The notes: generated by a model not told the origin, from the sequence alone. Shown: positions 45,653-55,245, counted from the stretch's first letter. The stretch is DNA of 64,000 nucleotides from Candidatus Levyibacteriota bacterium (GCA_049519175.1 JBEKQZ010000002.1:70782-134781), one strand, 5' to 3'. Program-made: numbers and translations.

Positions 45653-46516
45653 TCAAAGACCGCGTCGGAACATCTGTTGACGGGATTTTTCTGGAAACAT
45701 AGCATCGCGCTGCTTATCCGATAATTCTCCTGAAATTCTAAATCTTGTAATGGGATTTCTTAATGTCCCGAAGAACAAGCGCATTACAGCCTCTTTCCCA
45801 TACTTTCCCACCAACTCGTTAACAAAATCAATCTCAATGTCATGGCTATTACTCATACCCAGAAGCCTGTCAATAACATCTACTGCAATAAAATCAGCCG
45901 CCAGCTCTTCCCATGCAAGTGGTAAATTCCGAGCATGATATTTATGTCCTAATTCATGCGCTACTGCAGGAATATATCTTATACAATTCCAGAAATCCGA
46001 TGGGACGATATCATAGTCTTTAACCCCAGGGTACTTACTTACCCTTTCTTTCTCTTTAGCAGAAAGAGAAGCATAGTCTCTAGAAAGATTTGCGGGCATA
46101 TCTTCCCAAAACTTGGGGTCAATAGTAATTAGTGGGAATCCAATTTTTGATTCATTAAAAGATTTACCACGAACATCTTCACGGCCTAAATCTGGGGGGA
46201 TAAAAAAATAATCGGGATCAATACCATTTTCCTCACAGTAATCGGCCGCTAGGCGTATTCCTAATTCATCATCTTGCTTCGTAAGTATAATATTTTTACT
46301 TGCTCCCCTGCCGCTCTCCCTAGCCTTTGCTGGCATATATTGTCCAAAATCAGCCTCAATGATACCACAAAAAACTGGAGCGATTCTAGCAATAGCTCTG
46401 TCAAGTTTAGGAGAAGCTTCCGATGCCTCAGTTCTTAGTCTATCTCCTAGATCTTTTGCTTCTCCTGCTTCTGCCATAGATGAACTAATAATCTCAATAA
46501 AACTAGTCCGTGTCAA
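45653..46516 (-). CDS. hypothetical protein with an HExxH zinc-metallopeptidase motif (ImmA/IrrE-like)
   Basis: Motif VAHELGHKYHARN. 287 aa. There is no signal peptide. Confidence 0.45.
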   Translation of the reverse strand: MTRTSFIEIISSSMAEAGEAKDLGDRLRTEASEASPKLDRAIARIAPVFCGIIEADFGQYMPAKARESGRGASKNIILTKQDDELGIRLAADYCEENGIDPDYFFIPPDLGREDVRGKSFNESKIGFPLITIDPKFWEDMPANLSRDYASLSAKEKERVSKYPGVKDYDIVPSDFWNCIRYIPAVAHELGHKYHARNLPLAWEELAADFIAVDVIDRLLGMSNSHDIEIDFVNELVGKYGKEAVMRLFFGTLRNPITRFRISGELSDKQRDAMFPEKSRQQMFRRGL

Positions 46517-46540
46517 TTGTGTTTGCCAACATGCAGCCGA

Positions 46541-46696
46541 ATGCCTGAAAGGTTGAGTGAATGCGTCAGGGGAATTCCTCAGACAGCGAAGCTAGATTGA
46601 GGAAGGGGTGAAATTACCCGACAAATGAACGAAACCTTGAAAGCATGAGGCAAGACTTGGCAAGAGTTTTTGATTCTTTTTGCGGAAAAAAGAATA
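46541..46696. ncRNA. copy 1 of a ~150-nt conserved structured element (candidate cis-regulatory RNA or small RNA). It lies immediately upstream of the minus-strand HExxH gene
   Basis: ~85% identical to 47890-48044. Three stems show compensatory changes between the copies: aaggtt/aacctt versus aagatt/aatctt; cctca/tgagg versus ccgca/tgcgg; and the GCGG-loop hairpin attcttttt/aaaaagaat versus gcgtctttt/aaaagacgc. Confidence 0.45.
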
Positions 46697-46884
46697 AAGA
46701 CTGACTTTGTCAAGAGGAAAAATAAAATGTCCCCCAGTTATCCACATCTTTTGACTAAAAATAGAAAAGACCGCCAAATCAATCCAAACGATACACTATT
46801 TACTATGAGTTCTCGTGGATTTTCTTTATTTTTGGGCTATAGGTTTGAATACAACCAGAAGTTGTGATACAATTCTTGTAGATT

Positions 46885-47031
46885 ATGAAATTTAAGTTTT
46901 TAAGCACCAAAGGCAAGACAGCAGTTAAAACAATCGCCGACTACAAACAACAAATCTTAGTGAAGCAAGGCGCAGAACAATTTAAAAAGCTCTTGGAAAA
47001 AGGGATTAGTATTCCGGTAGTTTTGCTCTAA
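46885..47031 (+). CDS. possible 48-aa small basic protein
   Basis: ATG at 46885 to TAA at 47029-47031 (MKFKFLSTKGKTAVKTIADYKQQILVKQGAEQFKKLLEKGISIPVVLL). It is below the ORF-track cutoff. It is followed by a hairpin terminator at 47270-47310. Confidence 0.2.
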   Translation: MKFKFLSTKGKTAVKTIADYKQQILVKQGAEQFKKLLEKGISIPVVLL

Positions 47032-47269
47032 ACTCTAGCTAAATACTAGAAGAGCATCGCTTTCGTTACTTGGATAATAAGCTCTTTGTACGATAAGCAA
47101 TGCTCTTGGAAAAAGGGTAATTAGTCCTTTAGGCAGGAAATAAAACTAATTACCTATTTAGAGTTAATAGCAAATAAATAAAAAGTTGTCAAGGAAAATT
47201 GATGAGGCCAAAAGTTATCGATTAACTTGATTTAGATTGATATTTTTATATCAATATTTGGAAGCTAGA

Positions 47270-47310
47270 ATGGTGATACGACGATTGGGCAGGTTGTCGT
47301 ATCACCTTTT
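47270..47310 (+). terminator. intrinsic-terminator-like hairpin
   Basis: ggtgatacgaca-ttgggcagg-ttgtcgtatcacc (12-bp perfect stem) followed by ttttt. Confidence 0.5.
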
Positions 47311-47316
47311 TAGAAT

Positions 47317-47829
47317 CTAGGAAATGCCATTAAGTTTTTCCCACTTCTTAATAAGCTCGAGCGACTCATTTTCAAAATACGGTAAATAAACTAATTCAAT
47401 CTTTCTATTATTCTCCTCGTTAAGCTTATCTTTATCCGTTCTTCCCTCATAATAGCCTTTTGAAACCATTTCTGAAGTTTTTCCACAACCGTAAACAATC
47501 CTAGAAATCCCCGCCCAATATGCAACCGAGAAACACATCGTGCAACAAGCTAAGCTTTCATAAAGAGTTGCTCCAGACAAGTTAGTTGTTTTAAGAGTTT
47601 TACATGCTTCTCTAATTGCCGCTGTTTCAGCATGACTGGTGGGATCGTGAAACAAAGAACCTAAACTTAAGCCTTCGCTGATAACCTTCCCATCTTTAAC
47701 AACGACTGCGCCTGCAGGGAAACCGCCTTGATCGACAGATTTTTCCGCCTGTTCAAAAGCAAGTTTTAGATAATCTTTATCGCTCACGGTAAAATTATAG
47801 CAGTTTTTTGGAGAAGAGAATGCGGCCAT
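47317..47829 (-). CDS. CMP/dCMP-type zinc deaminase (guanine or tRNA-adenosine deaminase family)
   Basis: HAETAAIREACK...SLACCTMCFSVAYWAGISRIVYG matches the H(A/C)E ... CxxC zinc-binding signature. Confidence 0.75.
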   Translation of the reverse strand: MAAFSSPKNCYNFTVSDKDYLKLAFEQAEKSVDQGGFPAGAVVVKDGKVISEGLSLGSLFHDPTSHAETAAIREACKTLKTTNLSGATLYESLACCTMCFSVAYWAGISRIVYGCGKTSEMVSKGYYEGRTDKDKLNEENNRKIELVYLPYFENESLELIKKWEKLNGIS

Positions 47830-47889
47830 GTTAATGATAAATGATTAAGGATTACTGATTAATGAATTTTTTCGTCCGTCCGCAGATGA

Positions 47890-48044
47890 CTGCATGAAAG
47901 ATTGAGTGAATGCGTCAGGGGAATTCCGCAGATCACGAAGTGAGATTGCGGAAGGGGTGAAATTACCCGACAAATGAACGAAATCTTGAAAGCTGGAAGC
48001 AAGGCAGGACGAGAGTTTTGGGCGTCTTTTGCGGAAAAAGACGC
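47890..48044. ncRNA. copy 2 of the conserved structured element. It lies immediately upstream of the minus-strand deaminase gene
   Basis: See copy 1. The same stems are retained with compensatory substitutions. It lies 60 bp from the deaminase start codon. Confidence 0.45.
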
Positions 48045-48050
48045 AAGGAT

Positions 48051-48866
48051 TTAAAGAAGTTTCTTGGAGAATAAGATTCTTCCCGCCGAAGTTTGAATAA
48101 CTCTTGAGACAACCACGTCTAATTCTTTACCCAAATCTTGAGCGGCATTTTCAATTACGATCATCGTTCCGTCGTCTAAATACCCTACTCCTTGAGTCTG
48201 ATCTTTACCGATATGTTGAATCTGAATATGCAAAGTTTCCCCCGGAACTGCAATAATTTTTAGAACGTTTGCCAAAGTATTCATGTTGACTGCAGAAACT
48301 CCGCCGATGCTTCCCTTTTTCTCCAAGTTATAATCGCAGGTAATCAACCTGCCTTTATTTAATTTGGCTGCCTGAATCAATTTTTCGTCAACTTCTTTTA
48401 ATTTATCCAAACCCATCAATTTTTCTTTTTCCTGGGAAATTGCGATTAGCTTAATGCCTTTAACTTTTTTCACTTTTTCCAAAAGCTCCAAGCCTTTTCT
48501 GCCTTTTTCCCGTCTGACCAAGTCTTTGGAATCGGCAATGTGTTTTAACTCCAACAGAATACTTTCCAAAACGACGAAATTGCCGCGGAAAAGTCCTAAA
48601 TTGATAACGTCAAAAATTCTGCCGTCAATAATGGCGGACGTGTCCAAAAAAATGGCGCCGTCCAAATGCCCGTTGGGTTTTTTCTTTTTTTTATTATTTG
48701 AACGTCGAAGCGGCAGTCTTCTGGCCACAGTTTTGGCCACTTCATCGGCCAGCATTGCGACGAACCGCGGCGAGAAATGAACGCCCTTTTCGGTCGTCTG
48801 CACCGCCGGAATATTTTCTTCCATGACTTTTTTTTGCGCTTTTATAATTTCTTTTTTCCCTTTCAT
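48051..48866 (-). CDS. PIN and TRAM domain protein (YacL-like)
   Basis: PIN region IFLDTSAIIDGRIFDV...VVLESILLELKHIAD. C-terminal TRAM-like GETLHIQIQHIGKDQTQGVGYLDDGTMIVIENA. Basic N-terminal extension. Confidence 0.75.
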   Translation of the reverse strand: MKGKKEIIKAQKKVMEENIPAVQTTEKGVHFSPRFVAMLADEVAKTVARRLPLRRSNNKKKKKPNGHLDGAIFLDTSAIIDGRIFDVINLGLFRGNFVVLESILLELKHIADSKDLVRREKGRKGLELLEKVKKVKGIKLIAISQEKEKLMGLDKLKEVDEKLIQAAKLNKGRLITCDYNLEKKGSIGGVSAVNMNTLANVLKIIAVPGETLHIQIQHIGKDQTQGVGYLDDGTMIVIENAAQDLGKELDVVVSRVIQTSAGRILFSKKLL

Positions 48867-48876
48867 GAATCTTTAA

Positions 48877-50211
48877 TTATTTATCTTTCGTTAGTATTCT
48901 AACAACTTCCTCGATCGAATGGTAGTTTTTCGGCGTAATAATTTTTGTAAATCCCAATTTTTTCGCTTCTTTAATCCGTTTTTCCAAAAACGGCGGAGTC
49001 CGCAACTCTCCTAATAAACCGACCTCGGCAATTCCCACTACCCTAGATAAATTTATATTTTTAATACTTGAGAGAATGCTTAAACAAATTCCTAAATCGC
49101 ATGCAGGGTCGTTAAGTTTTAATCCGCCGGCAACATTGACGAATACATCCATCTGTTCAACCGGCAATCTAGCGTGCTTCTGTAAGACCGCCAGTAGCAA
49201 TTCCAAGCGTTTATAATCAACGCCGCTGGCGATACGTCGTGGCATGGGTAATCTTGAATAAACTAACAAGGCCTGAACTTCGACCAACAGTGCTCTTGTC
49301 CCCTCTAAATTGGCGACAAGAACGGAACCAGGGCCGTTTCCTTTGGTTAAAAATAATTGTTCCGGGTTTTTAATTTCGGTCATCCCATTTTCCTGCATCG
49401 CGAAAATTCCCACTTCGTCGATTGGTCCGAAGCGGTTTTTTAGACAGCGTAAAATTCGGGTGCCGGTATTTTTTTCTCCCTCCAAAAACAACACCGTATC
49501 CACCATATGCGACAAAATCATCGGCCCGGCCACCATTCCCTCTTTGGTCACGTGGCCAACCAAAACGGTCGGGATATTTAAGGTTTTAGCCGTTTTGATA
49601 AATTCTGCCGCGGCATACCTAACTTGTCCGATACTTCCCGACAAACCGGTTAAACTTTCCGACTCCATCGTTTGAATAGAATCGATGATGACAAGAGCCG
49701 GTTTTGTTTGCGCGATTAAATCAACAATGACGTTGGTATCGGTTAACGACACTAGAAAAAGCGACTCATTTTCTAGATTTTTGGTTAACCTAACCGCCCT
49801 AAGTTTTATTTGCTGCTCCGATTCTTCGCCGGAAATATACAGAACAGTTTTTTTCTTCAAACTAACATTTAAGGCCGCCTGCAAAAGCAATGTTGATTTG
49901 CCGATTCCCGGATCTCCCGCTAACAAAACTACACTTCCGGGAACTATTCCTCCACCCAAAACACTATCCATTTCCGAAAATCCTGTTGTGAACCTATCGC
50001 TATCTTGATGAGTAATTTCTGACAAAATATGTGGCTTTATGTCCGCTTGGCTTTTGTGATTTGTGATTTGTGATTTAGAAATTGATGAAGAAGTTTTAAA
50101 TTCTTTTAAAGTGTTCCACATTCCGCACTCCGGGCATTTTCCTAAAAACGCCGGGCTGTCGTAGCCGCATTCCTGACAGACAAATGAAGTTTCTATTCTT
50201 GCCATAATCAT
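48877..50211 (-). CDS. radA: DNA repair protein RadA/Sms
   Basis: N-terminal C4 zinc ribbon CQECGYDSPAFLGKCPECGMW. Walker A GDPGIGKSTLLLQ. KNRFG motif. C-terminal Lon-protease-like domain. The likely start is MIMARIETSF at ~50211, and the track ORF extends further upstream. It contains (GTGATTT)3 in its linker. Confidence 0.9.
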   Translation of the reverse strand: MIMARIETSFVCQECGYDSPAFLGKCPECGMWNTLKEFKTSSSISKSQITNHKSQADIKPHILSEITHQDSDRFTTGFSEMDSVLGGGIVPGSVVLLAGDPGIGKSTLLLQAALNVSLKKKTVLYISGEESEQQIKLRAVRLTKNLENESLFLVSLTDTNVIVDLIAQTKPALVIIDSIQTMESESLTGLSGSIGQVRYAAAEFIKTAKTLNIPTVLVGHVTKEGMVAGPMILSHMVDTVLFLEGEKNTGTRILRCLKNRFGPIDEVGIFAMQENGMTEIKNPEQLFLTKGNGPGSVLVANLEGTRALLVEVQALLVYSRLPMPRRIASGVDYKRLELLLAVLQKHARLPVEQMDVFVNVAGGLKLNDPACDLGICLSILSSIKNINLSRVVGIAEVGLLGELRTPPFLEKRIKEAKKLGFTKIITPKNYHSIEEVVRILTKDK

Positions 50212-50323
50212 TAATTTGATGGGTGGCACGGGTGGAAAGGCTCCAGACAGCGCACAGTCAGTGAATCGTGAACGAGCACTGGCGGGATGGAAACCCGGGA
50301 CAGGACCCATCTTCTGCTAATTT

Positions 50324-51424
50324 TTACCGGTATCCCATTGGCTTTTCCGTTAACACCGGAACCAAAATAACTCTATGTCTTTTATTGTCTACTTCAACCA
50401 CCGTGGCGGTAATTTGGGAGCCTTCGGAGTAAGTAACGGTGACCGGAATTTTTTCCTTTTTAATAAAACCTTCAATCCCCTTTTCTAGATTAACTAACAC
50501 TCCGCTGGATAAAACTTTGGAAACGCTACCCGAAACTCGCTGATCCGGACTATAACTTTTCAGTTTCTCCGCAAACGGATCAGCGGTTAAAGCTTTAATC
50601 GAAAGGTTGACTCTTTTTGATTCGCGGTCAAAACCAATAATTTTAGCCTTAATTTTGTCTCCCGCTTTATAACTTTCCGGAATGGTGGCCAATTTCTCCC
50701 AGGAAATTTCCGAAATATGTACAAAGCCTTCGACGACACTTTTATCAGACAGCTCCATCAGTAAGAAAATGCCAAACGGCGCGACGTTAGAAATCGTCGC
50801 CTCAACTTCCTGCCCAACTTTTAAACTGTTGGTCGCTTTGACAAAATCTTCGGCGGCGACGGTGGCTTTTTGCGAAAAAATCACTTTGCGTAATGGTCGG
50901 CTTAATTCAATCACCGTTACTTTAATTTCTTTGCCAACTAACTCTTGCGCATTCTGCAGAAACGTCGTTTGTGAATTTGGCAAAAATCCCGTCATTCCGT
51001 CTTTGGTGGACACCAAAAATCCGCCCTTCGTCAACTCCCCAACCAACACGTCAATCTGTTCTTTATTTTGTTTGAGTTCTTCCAATCTGACCCAAACGCG
51101 GTCGTCATTAAAGCGCCTGAGCGATACCACCGGATTGCCGTAATCCGATTCCGGATTTAAAACCGTCACTGTTACTTTGTCGCCAATTTTGAGGCTACTT
51201 AAAAGGCTTTTTAAAATCCGCTTGTCTTTTTCCATCACCAGTGCTTCGGTTTTGGCACCGATGTCCACCAGAATTTCTCCGGAAGTTAATTTGGTAACTA
51301 CGCCGGTTACAATTTGTCCCTTGGAAACATTAACAAAGCTGGTTTTGTGCGTTGCTAAAAGCTCCGCCATCGTCGTCGGTTTACTTGAGGATTGTGATTT
51401 GGAATTTGTGATTTGTTTTGCCAC
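50324..51424 (-). CDS. S1-domain RNA-binding protein (four S1 repeats; ribosomal protein S1-like)
   Basis: Repeated S1-like units (GQIVTGVVTKLTSGEILVDIG..., GQEVEATISNVAPFGIFL..., GDKIKAKIIGFD...). 366 aa, shorter than the canonical six-domain RpsA. Confidence 0.75.
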   Translation of the reverse strand: MAKQITNSKSQSSSKPTTMAELLATHKTSFVNVSKGQIVTGVVTKLTSGEILVDIGAKTEALVMEKDKRILKSLLSSLKIGDKVTVTVLNPESDYGNPVVSLRRFNDDRVWVRLEELKQNKEQIDVLVGELTKGGFLVSTKDGMTGFLPNSQTTFLQNAQELVGKEIKVTVIELSRPLRKVIFSQKATVAAEDFVKATNSLKVGQEVEATISNVAPFGIFLLMELSDKSVVEGFVHISEISWEKLATIPESYKAGDKIKAKIIGFDRESKRVNLSIKALTADPFAEKLKSYSPDQRVSGSVSKVLSSGVLVNLEKGIEGFIKKEKIPVTVTYSEGSQITATVVEVDNKRHRVILVPVLTEKPMGYR

Positions 51425-51503
51425 TCATTTATTTACCTTTCGTTTTAAGATTTCTTAAGTATACCACGTAATTGCCTGCCAAACAATAACGGTTGTTTAA
51501 AAT

Positions 51504-53240
51504 TTAGGGGTTGGTGATAAAAGTTTCGCAGAATTTTTGCGCCGTTTGAGTTTCAATGCTAAAATCGCTAATTTGCAAATCCGTTGGATAACCCTTTAGG
51601 CTGAAATTTTGACAAAGTTTGTCGTTAAAGATGTCGTAGCTTTGCCCACCATCCGAGAGCCTGGGAATAACCACCCGCTGGTAATTTTTCGGCAAAGCCC
51701 CGCAATTAAAATCATAAATAATTGTCCCCTTGAGTTTGGTCGGATCAATTGTATTATTACAGCCTAAAAACTGAACGTTTCCAAAGACAAACTCTTTATC
51801 TTTATAAATTGCTTTTACTTTTGCCAAAGTATTCTGGTTATAACTATTGGTATAAAAAATGTATTTTTTAAAAACATCGGGGACAGCCGGAGTGTAAATT
51901 GTAATTCGCTGTTTATCTTCGCTCGCCAATGCTACGTATTTGGACAAAAGTCTGGTTGGAAAATCAAACCCCCCTTGTAAAGAGAACTGGAAAAAATAAA
52001 TGTTCACAAAGTTAAGAAAAAGCAGTAGGTAAAGCAAAATTATCAATGCCGAAACTCCATAAAAAGCCCATTTGTTTTTAAAAAATCCAAGCGTTTCATC
52101 TATCCCAACGGCAATTAAAATTATGGCAAACGGGAAAAGTAATGTAATATGGGGAGCGAAATTTTCTAAACTGGCAGTATGCAGAACATGCGGCAAAAGA
52201 GCAATAAGACTAAGACTGACTAAGAGAAAAAATAATTTGGTTTTTCTTTTGTAAGCCGCAGCTAGACCAAAAATTAAAAAGACTGCGTCTAGAACATAGA
52301 ATAAACCCTGCCTAATAAGGGCAAAAAAATTATCCCCAGTTAAAAATAAATAGTTAAAAGAAGTTGTATCGAAAGTCTTTGTAAAAATTATCTTTAGGTA
52401 TTCGGTCATTTTATTCTCAAAGATATTTGCTAACGGAGTTTGCATGGTTATTTTCCTGACGGCATCCACCTGTGCCGACAAAATCGGCGCGTTAGGCGTA
52501 AAAATTTCACTTAGTCGTGAGCCTGAAATTTGTTTAAGTGCAAACACATACACCGCAACGATTAAGATACTGAAGCCAAAAACGATTGCGTATTGCTTTA
52601 GAAATTGCTTTTTGTTGGTAAAGTAACAATACAAAATAGCAATTGCAACTAATGGTAAAAAGATTAATTTTGTCGCAATGTAAGAATAAAAGGCTAAGTA
52701 TAAAATAGGGACTGACCACAAAATTTTCCAACCTTTGGCTTTTAGCAGAATATAAATTCCCATCAGGAAAAAAAGTGTCGCCGGCACTTGTTCGTAATCC
52801 GTCCGGCCGATGTAGATAAACCAGGGATTGATGGCGGCAATTAACCCCGCAATCACCCCTACTCTACTACCAAAAAATTCTTTGGCAATTAGATAAACGA
52901 ATAAAACAGTTACAACGCTCAAAAACGCAAATGTGACTCTGGCGTTGAAAAGCGAAAACTGCAAGAAACCAACAATTGGCGTTAGTAGAAAATATGGCAA
53001 TTCTGCCTGTGGCGTAGTGTAAGCCGGGTAGTGAAAAATAAAGGCGGACAGCGGATTCCAGGTACCGCTAATATCACTGCCTGTTAAAAAGATGGCCTTG
53101 GCGTTAAAAACATAGGTTAACTCGTCTCCGCCAATGCCGACCGGAATTTTATCAAGCCACAAAAAGCGCAAAACTGCAGCCAAAACAACTATTAAAAGAA
53201 CAAAAATGATTTCTTTATTTATTTTTCGTAAATATTCCAT
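51504..53240 (-). CDS. GT-C family membrane glycosyltransferase (GT39/ArnT/PMT-like)
   Basis: ~12 TM helices. First periplasmic loop contains GIGGDELTYVF (acidic DE motif). Large C-terminal soluble domain. Confidence 0.65.
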   Translation of the reverse strand: MEYLRKINKEIIFVLLIVVLAAVLRFLWLDKIPVGIGGDELTYVFNAKAIFLTGSDISGTWNPLSAFIFHYPAYTTPQAELPYFLLTPIVGFLQFSLFNARVTFAFLSVVTVLFVYLIAKEFFGSRVGVIAGLIAAINPWFIYIGRTDYEQVPATLFFLMGIYILLKAKGWKILWSVPILYLAFYSYIATKLIFLPLVAIAILYCYFTNKKQFLKQYAIVFGFSILIVAVYVFALKQISGSRLSEIFTPNAPILSAQVDAVRKITMQTPLANIFENKMTEYLKIIFTKTFDTTSFNYLFLTGDNFFALIRQGLFYVLDAVFLIFGLAAAYKRKTKLFFLLVSLSLIALLPHVLHTASLENFAPHITLLFPFAIILIAVGIDETLGFFKNKWAFYGVSALIILLYLLLFLNFVNIYFFQFSLQGGFDFPTRLLSKYVALASEDKQRITIYTPAVPDVFKKYIFYTNSYNQNTLAKVKAIYKDKEFVFGNVQFLGCNNTIDPTKLKGTIIYDFNCGALPKNYQRVVIPRLSDGGQSYDIFNDKLCQNFSLKGYPTDLQISDFSIETQTAQKFCETFITNP

Positions 53241-54826
53241 ACTGTTTCCACGCTATCATAAAATTTTATTTTTGCTGAAGGCGTTGCCGTATAATTGCAG
53301 TTTACTTGAGCAATATAAACTACTTTTGGCGGAATTTGTGAAAGACAGTCTTCGTAAAAAGCAAAATTAGCAAATTTGATTGGCGTTTTGTTGATGTTTG
53401 CCTGCACTAATTTGGGGTCTAGTTGGTTATAGAAAGCGTAGTGTAAAAAAGTATTGTCGGTTGCGCCCGAAACGATAACATTCTTGCCTTCTTTTTGATA
53501 TTTAGTTATTTTGAACACTAAGTCCTGGGTTGATCTGGAAAAATATTTGGCGTTGGTTTGCGACCAATCATAATAATACTGCGCCACATAACCGGTGACC
53601 GAATAAAGATAACAGCAAACGATGACGGCAAAAATTAGATATTTGAGCTCCTTTCTTTTACAGAATATGACAAGAAAGTAGATGCCGGCGCCAACAAAAA
53701 CGCTTAACCAAAGTGGCATTAAGCCGGACCGCGCCGTCCAGGTCGGAGAATTTACTCCAAGAGCTGATGGTAAAGGAGAAATTAGCAGTAAGCATAAGAT
53801 TAAACAAAATTCCCGGCGCTTTTTCCAGAATAAATAGAATAACCCAACGAAAAGTAGCGGCGCTTCAAACAGATACAGCTCGCCTCTTCCCCAGATTGAA
53901 TAGATACCGCTGGCTTCCTGATCTAAAAATAGATACTGCGGTGAAAATGCCGTTAGATAATTTGTCGCAAAAGTTTTTGTCCAATAAGTGAATTTGTTGT
54001 GATACAAAGTTTGAATAATTTTTGGCTCGTTGGTCGCCCGTCTTTCCAATTCCACGCTTAAAGCTGTTTGTTGCTTATCTAAAAAGAAAAATGGTGCCCC
54101 ACCGGCTGACCAATACTGAGATGCACCCTGCGTTGCGCTAAGATAAGCAAATGACCCAAGAGCAAGAAAAAGCGTAAGGATAATCAACAATAAATGCTTC
54201 TTACCTAACTCTTTAAACTTGTACCAGGCGAGGATAAAAAGGATTGGGATAACCAAAATCTTCGTACCGGCATAAGCATAAGAGGCGATAAAAAAGAAAA
54301 ACATCGAAAGTAGGAAAAATTTGGTCTTCCTGGGAAAATAGATAAAAAGAGCTATTGCCAAAATGTAGAAAAATATGGCTAAATTTATCTCGATTACGAA
54401 CCTGGAAAGTTGAAGATCCCAAACGGAAACAGCAAAGACAAAGCTGGAAAATAGCGCGATTAAATTATTGTTAACCAGCTTTTTAACGACAAAATACAAA
54501 AGTATTACCGAAGCAATGCTCGCCAAAGCAAAAGGCAATCTTGCGGTAAAAGGATTTAAGGGTAGAAACAAGAAAAAAAGAGCGGACAAATAAAAAGGCG
54601 CTTGGGCACCACTACTTCCCTGCTCTATATGAAAAACCGCGGGTAAAAAATTTCCAAACGCATCCCTGCCAGTGTGCGCAAGTGAATAAGCCGTGTAAGA
54701 AATTCTAATTTCATCATCCGACATGCTGATTGGCACAAGTCCTAAATGCCATAAACGCAAAACCGCAGCTAAAAGAACTATTAAAAACAAAGGGAGAAGC
54801 GCTAATAAATTCTTTTTGGATATCAT
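53219..54826 (-). CDS. GT-C family membrane glycosyltransferase (GT39/ArnT/PMT-like), tandem paralogue
   Basis: Same architecture as the upstream gene. First loop is ISMSDDEIRISYTAYSLAHTGRD. The two genes overlap by 22 nt. Confidence 0.65.
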   Translation of the reverse strand: MISKKNLLALLPLFLIVLLAAVLRLWHLGLVPISMSDDEIRISYTAYSLAHTGRDAFGNFLPAVFHIEQGSSGAQAPFYLSALFFLFLPLNPFTARLPFALASIASVILLYFVVKKLVNNNLIALFSSFVFAVSVWDLQLSRFVIEINLAIFFYILAIALFIYFPRKTKFFLLSMFFFFIASYAYAGTKILVIPILFILAWYKFKELGKKHLLLIILTLFLALGSFAYLSATQGASQYWSAGGAPFFFLDKQQTALSVELERRATNEPKIIQTLYHNKFTYWTKTFATNYLTAFSPQYLFLDQEASGIYSIWGRGELYLFEAPLLFVGLFYLFWKKRREFCLILCLLLISPLPSALGVNSPTWTARSGLMPLWLSVFVGAGIYFLVIFCKRKELKYLIFAVIVCCYLYSVTGYVAQYYYDWSQTNAKYFSRSTQDLVFKITKYQKEGKNVIVSGATDNTFLHYAFYNQLDPKLVQANINKTPIKFANFAFYEDCLSQIPPKVVYIAQVNCNYTATPSAKIKFYDSVETVWNIYEK

Positions 54827-54852
54827 TAGTCTAATAATACCATATCTGAGGC

Positions 54853-55245
54853 TTATTTTGGTTTTCTCGCCCGCTCAAGAATACCCCTGATAGCTTCATT
54901 TAGATCGGTTACTCCTCCATCATCCGGCCATGTAATCTTCATCTCAATTCCTTTTTGATTAATCCCAGCAAGTGTTAGGAAGAATCCTTTTATTTCGTCA
55001 GCTAAGATTTCCGGGTCAAGTTGATTTCCTGCCATTTTTTCTATCGCTTCTAAGTCACGGTCGACTTCTTGGGGATTTACCGCCGGATGATTAATTGAGG
55101 CTTCTAACTTTGCATGCAAATCATCAGGCGTTGTTAATGAATCTACTTCTTGAGCAAAACGAGCTCCCCGGGCGGCAAAACGTTCGCTAGCATCAATAAG
55201 CTTACCTCCTGAACCTGCTTTTTCGGCACTAGTTGAATCTGCCAT
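54853..55245 (-). CDS. hypothetical protein (GC-atypical island, gene 3)
   Basis: 130-aa acidic protein. Coding GC is visibly higher than neighbouring genes. Its own TTTACA ... GTTATCA promoter-like sequence lies upstream. Confidence 0.5.
   Translation of the reverse strand: MADSTSAEKAGSGGKLIDASERFAARGARFAQEVDSLTTPDDLHAKLEASINHPAVNPQEVDRDLEAIEKMAGNQLDPEILADEIKGFFLTLAGINQKGIEMKITWPDDGGVTDLNEAIRGILERARKPK

Noticed and set aside
46592-46867. Track ORFs 46592..46777 (-) and 46670..46867 (+)
   Set aside because: They overlap the conserved structured element and its hairpin. Neither has coding character or a start context. They are treated as non-coding.
50056-50076. Heptamer tracts as phase-variation switches
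   Set aside because: They sit in essential genes (radA, leuS, S1), where on/off frameshifting would be lethal. The tracts have only 3-4 units. They are more likely tolerated insertions than contingency loci.
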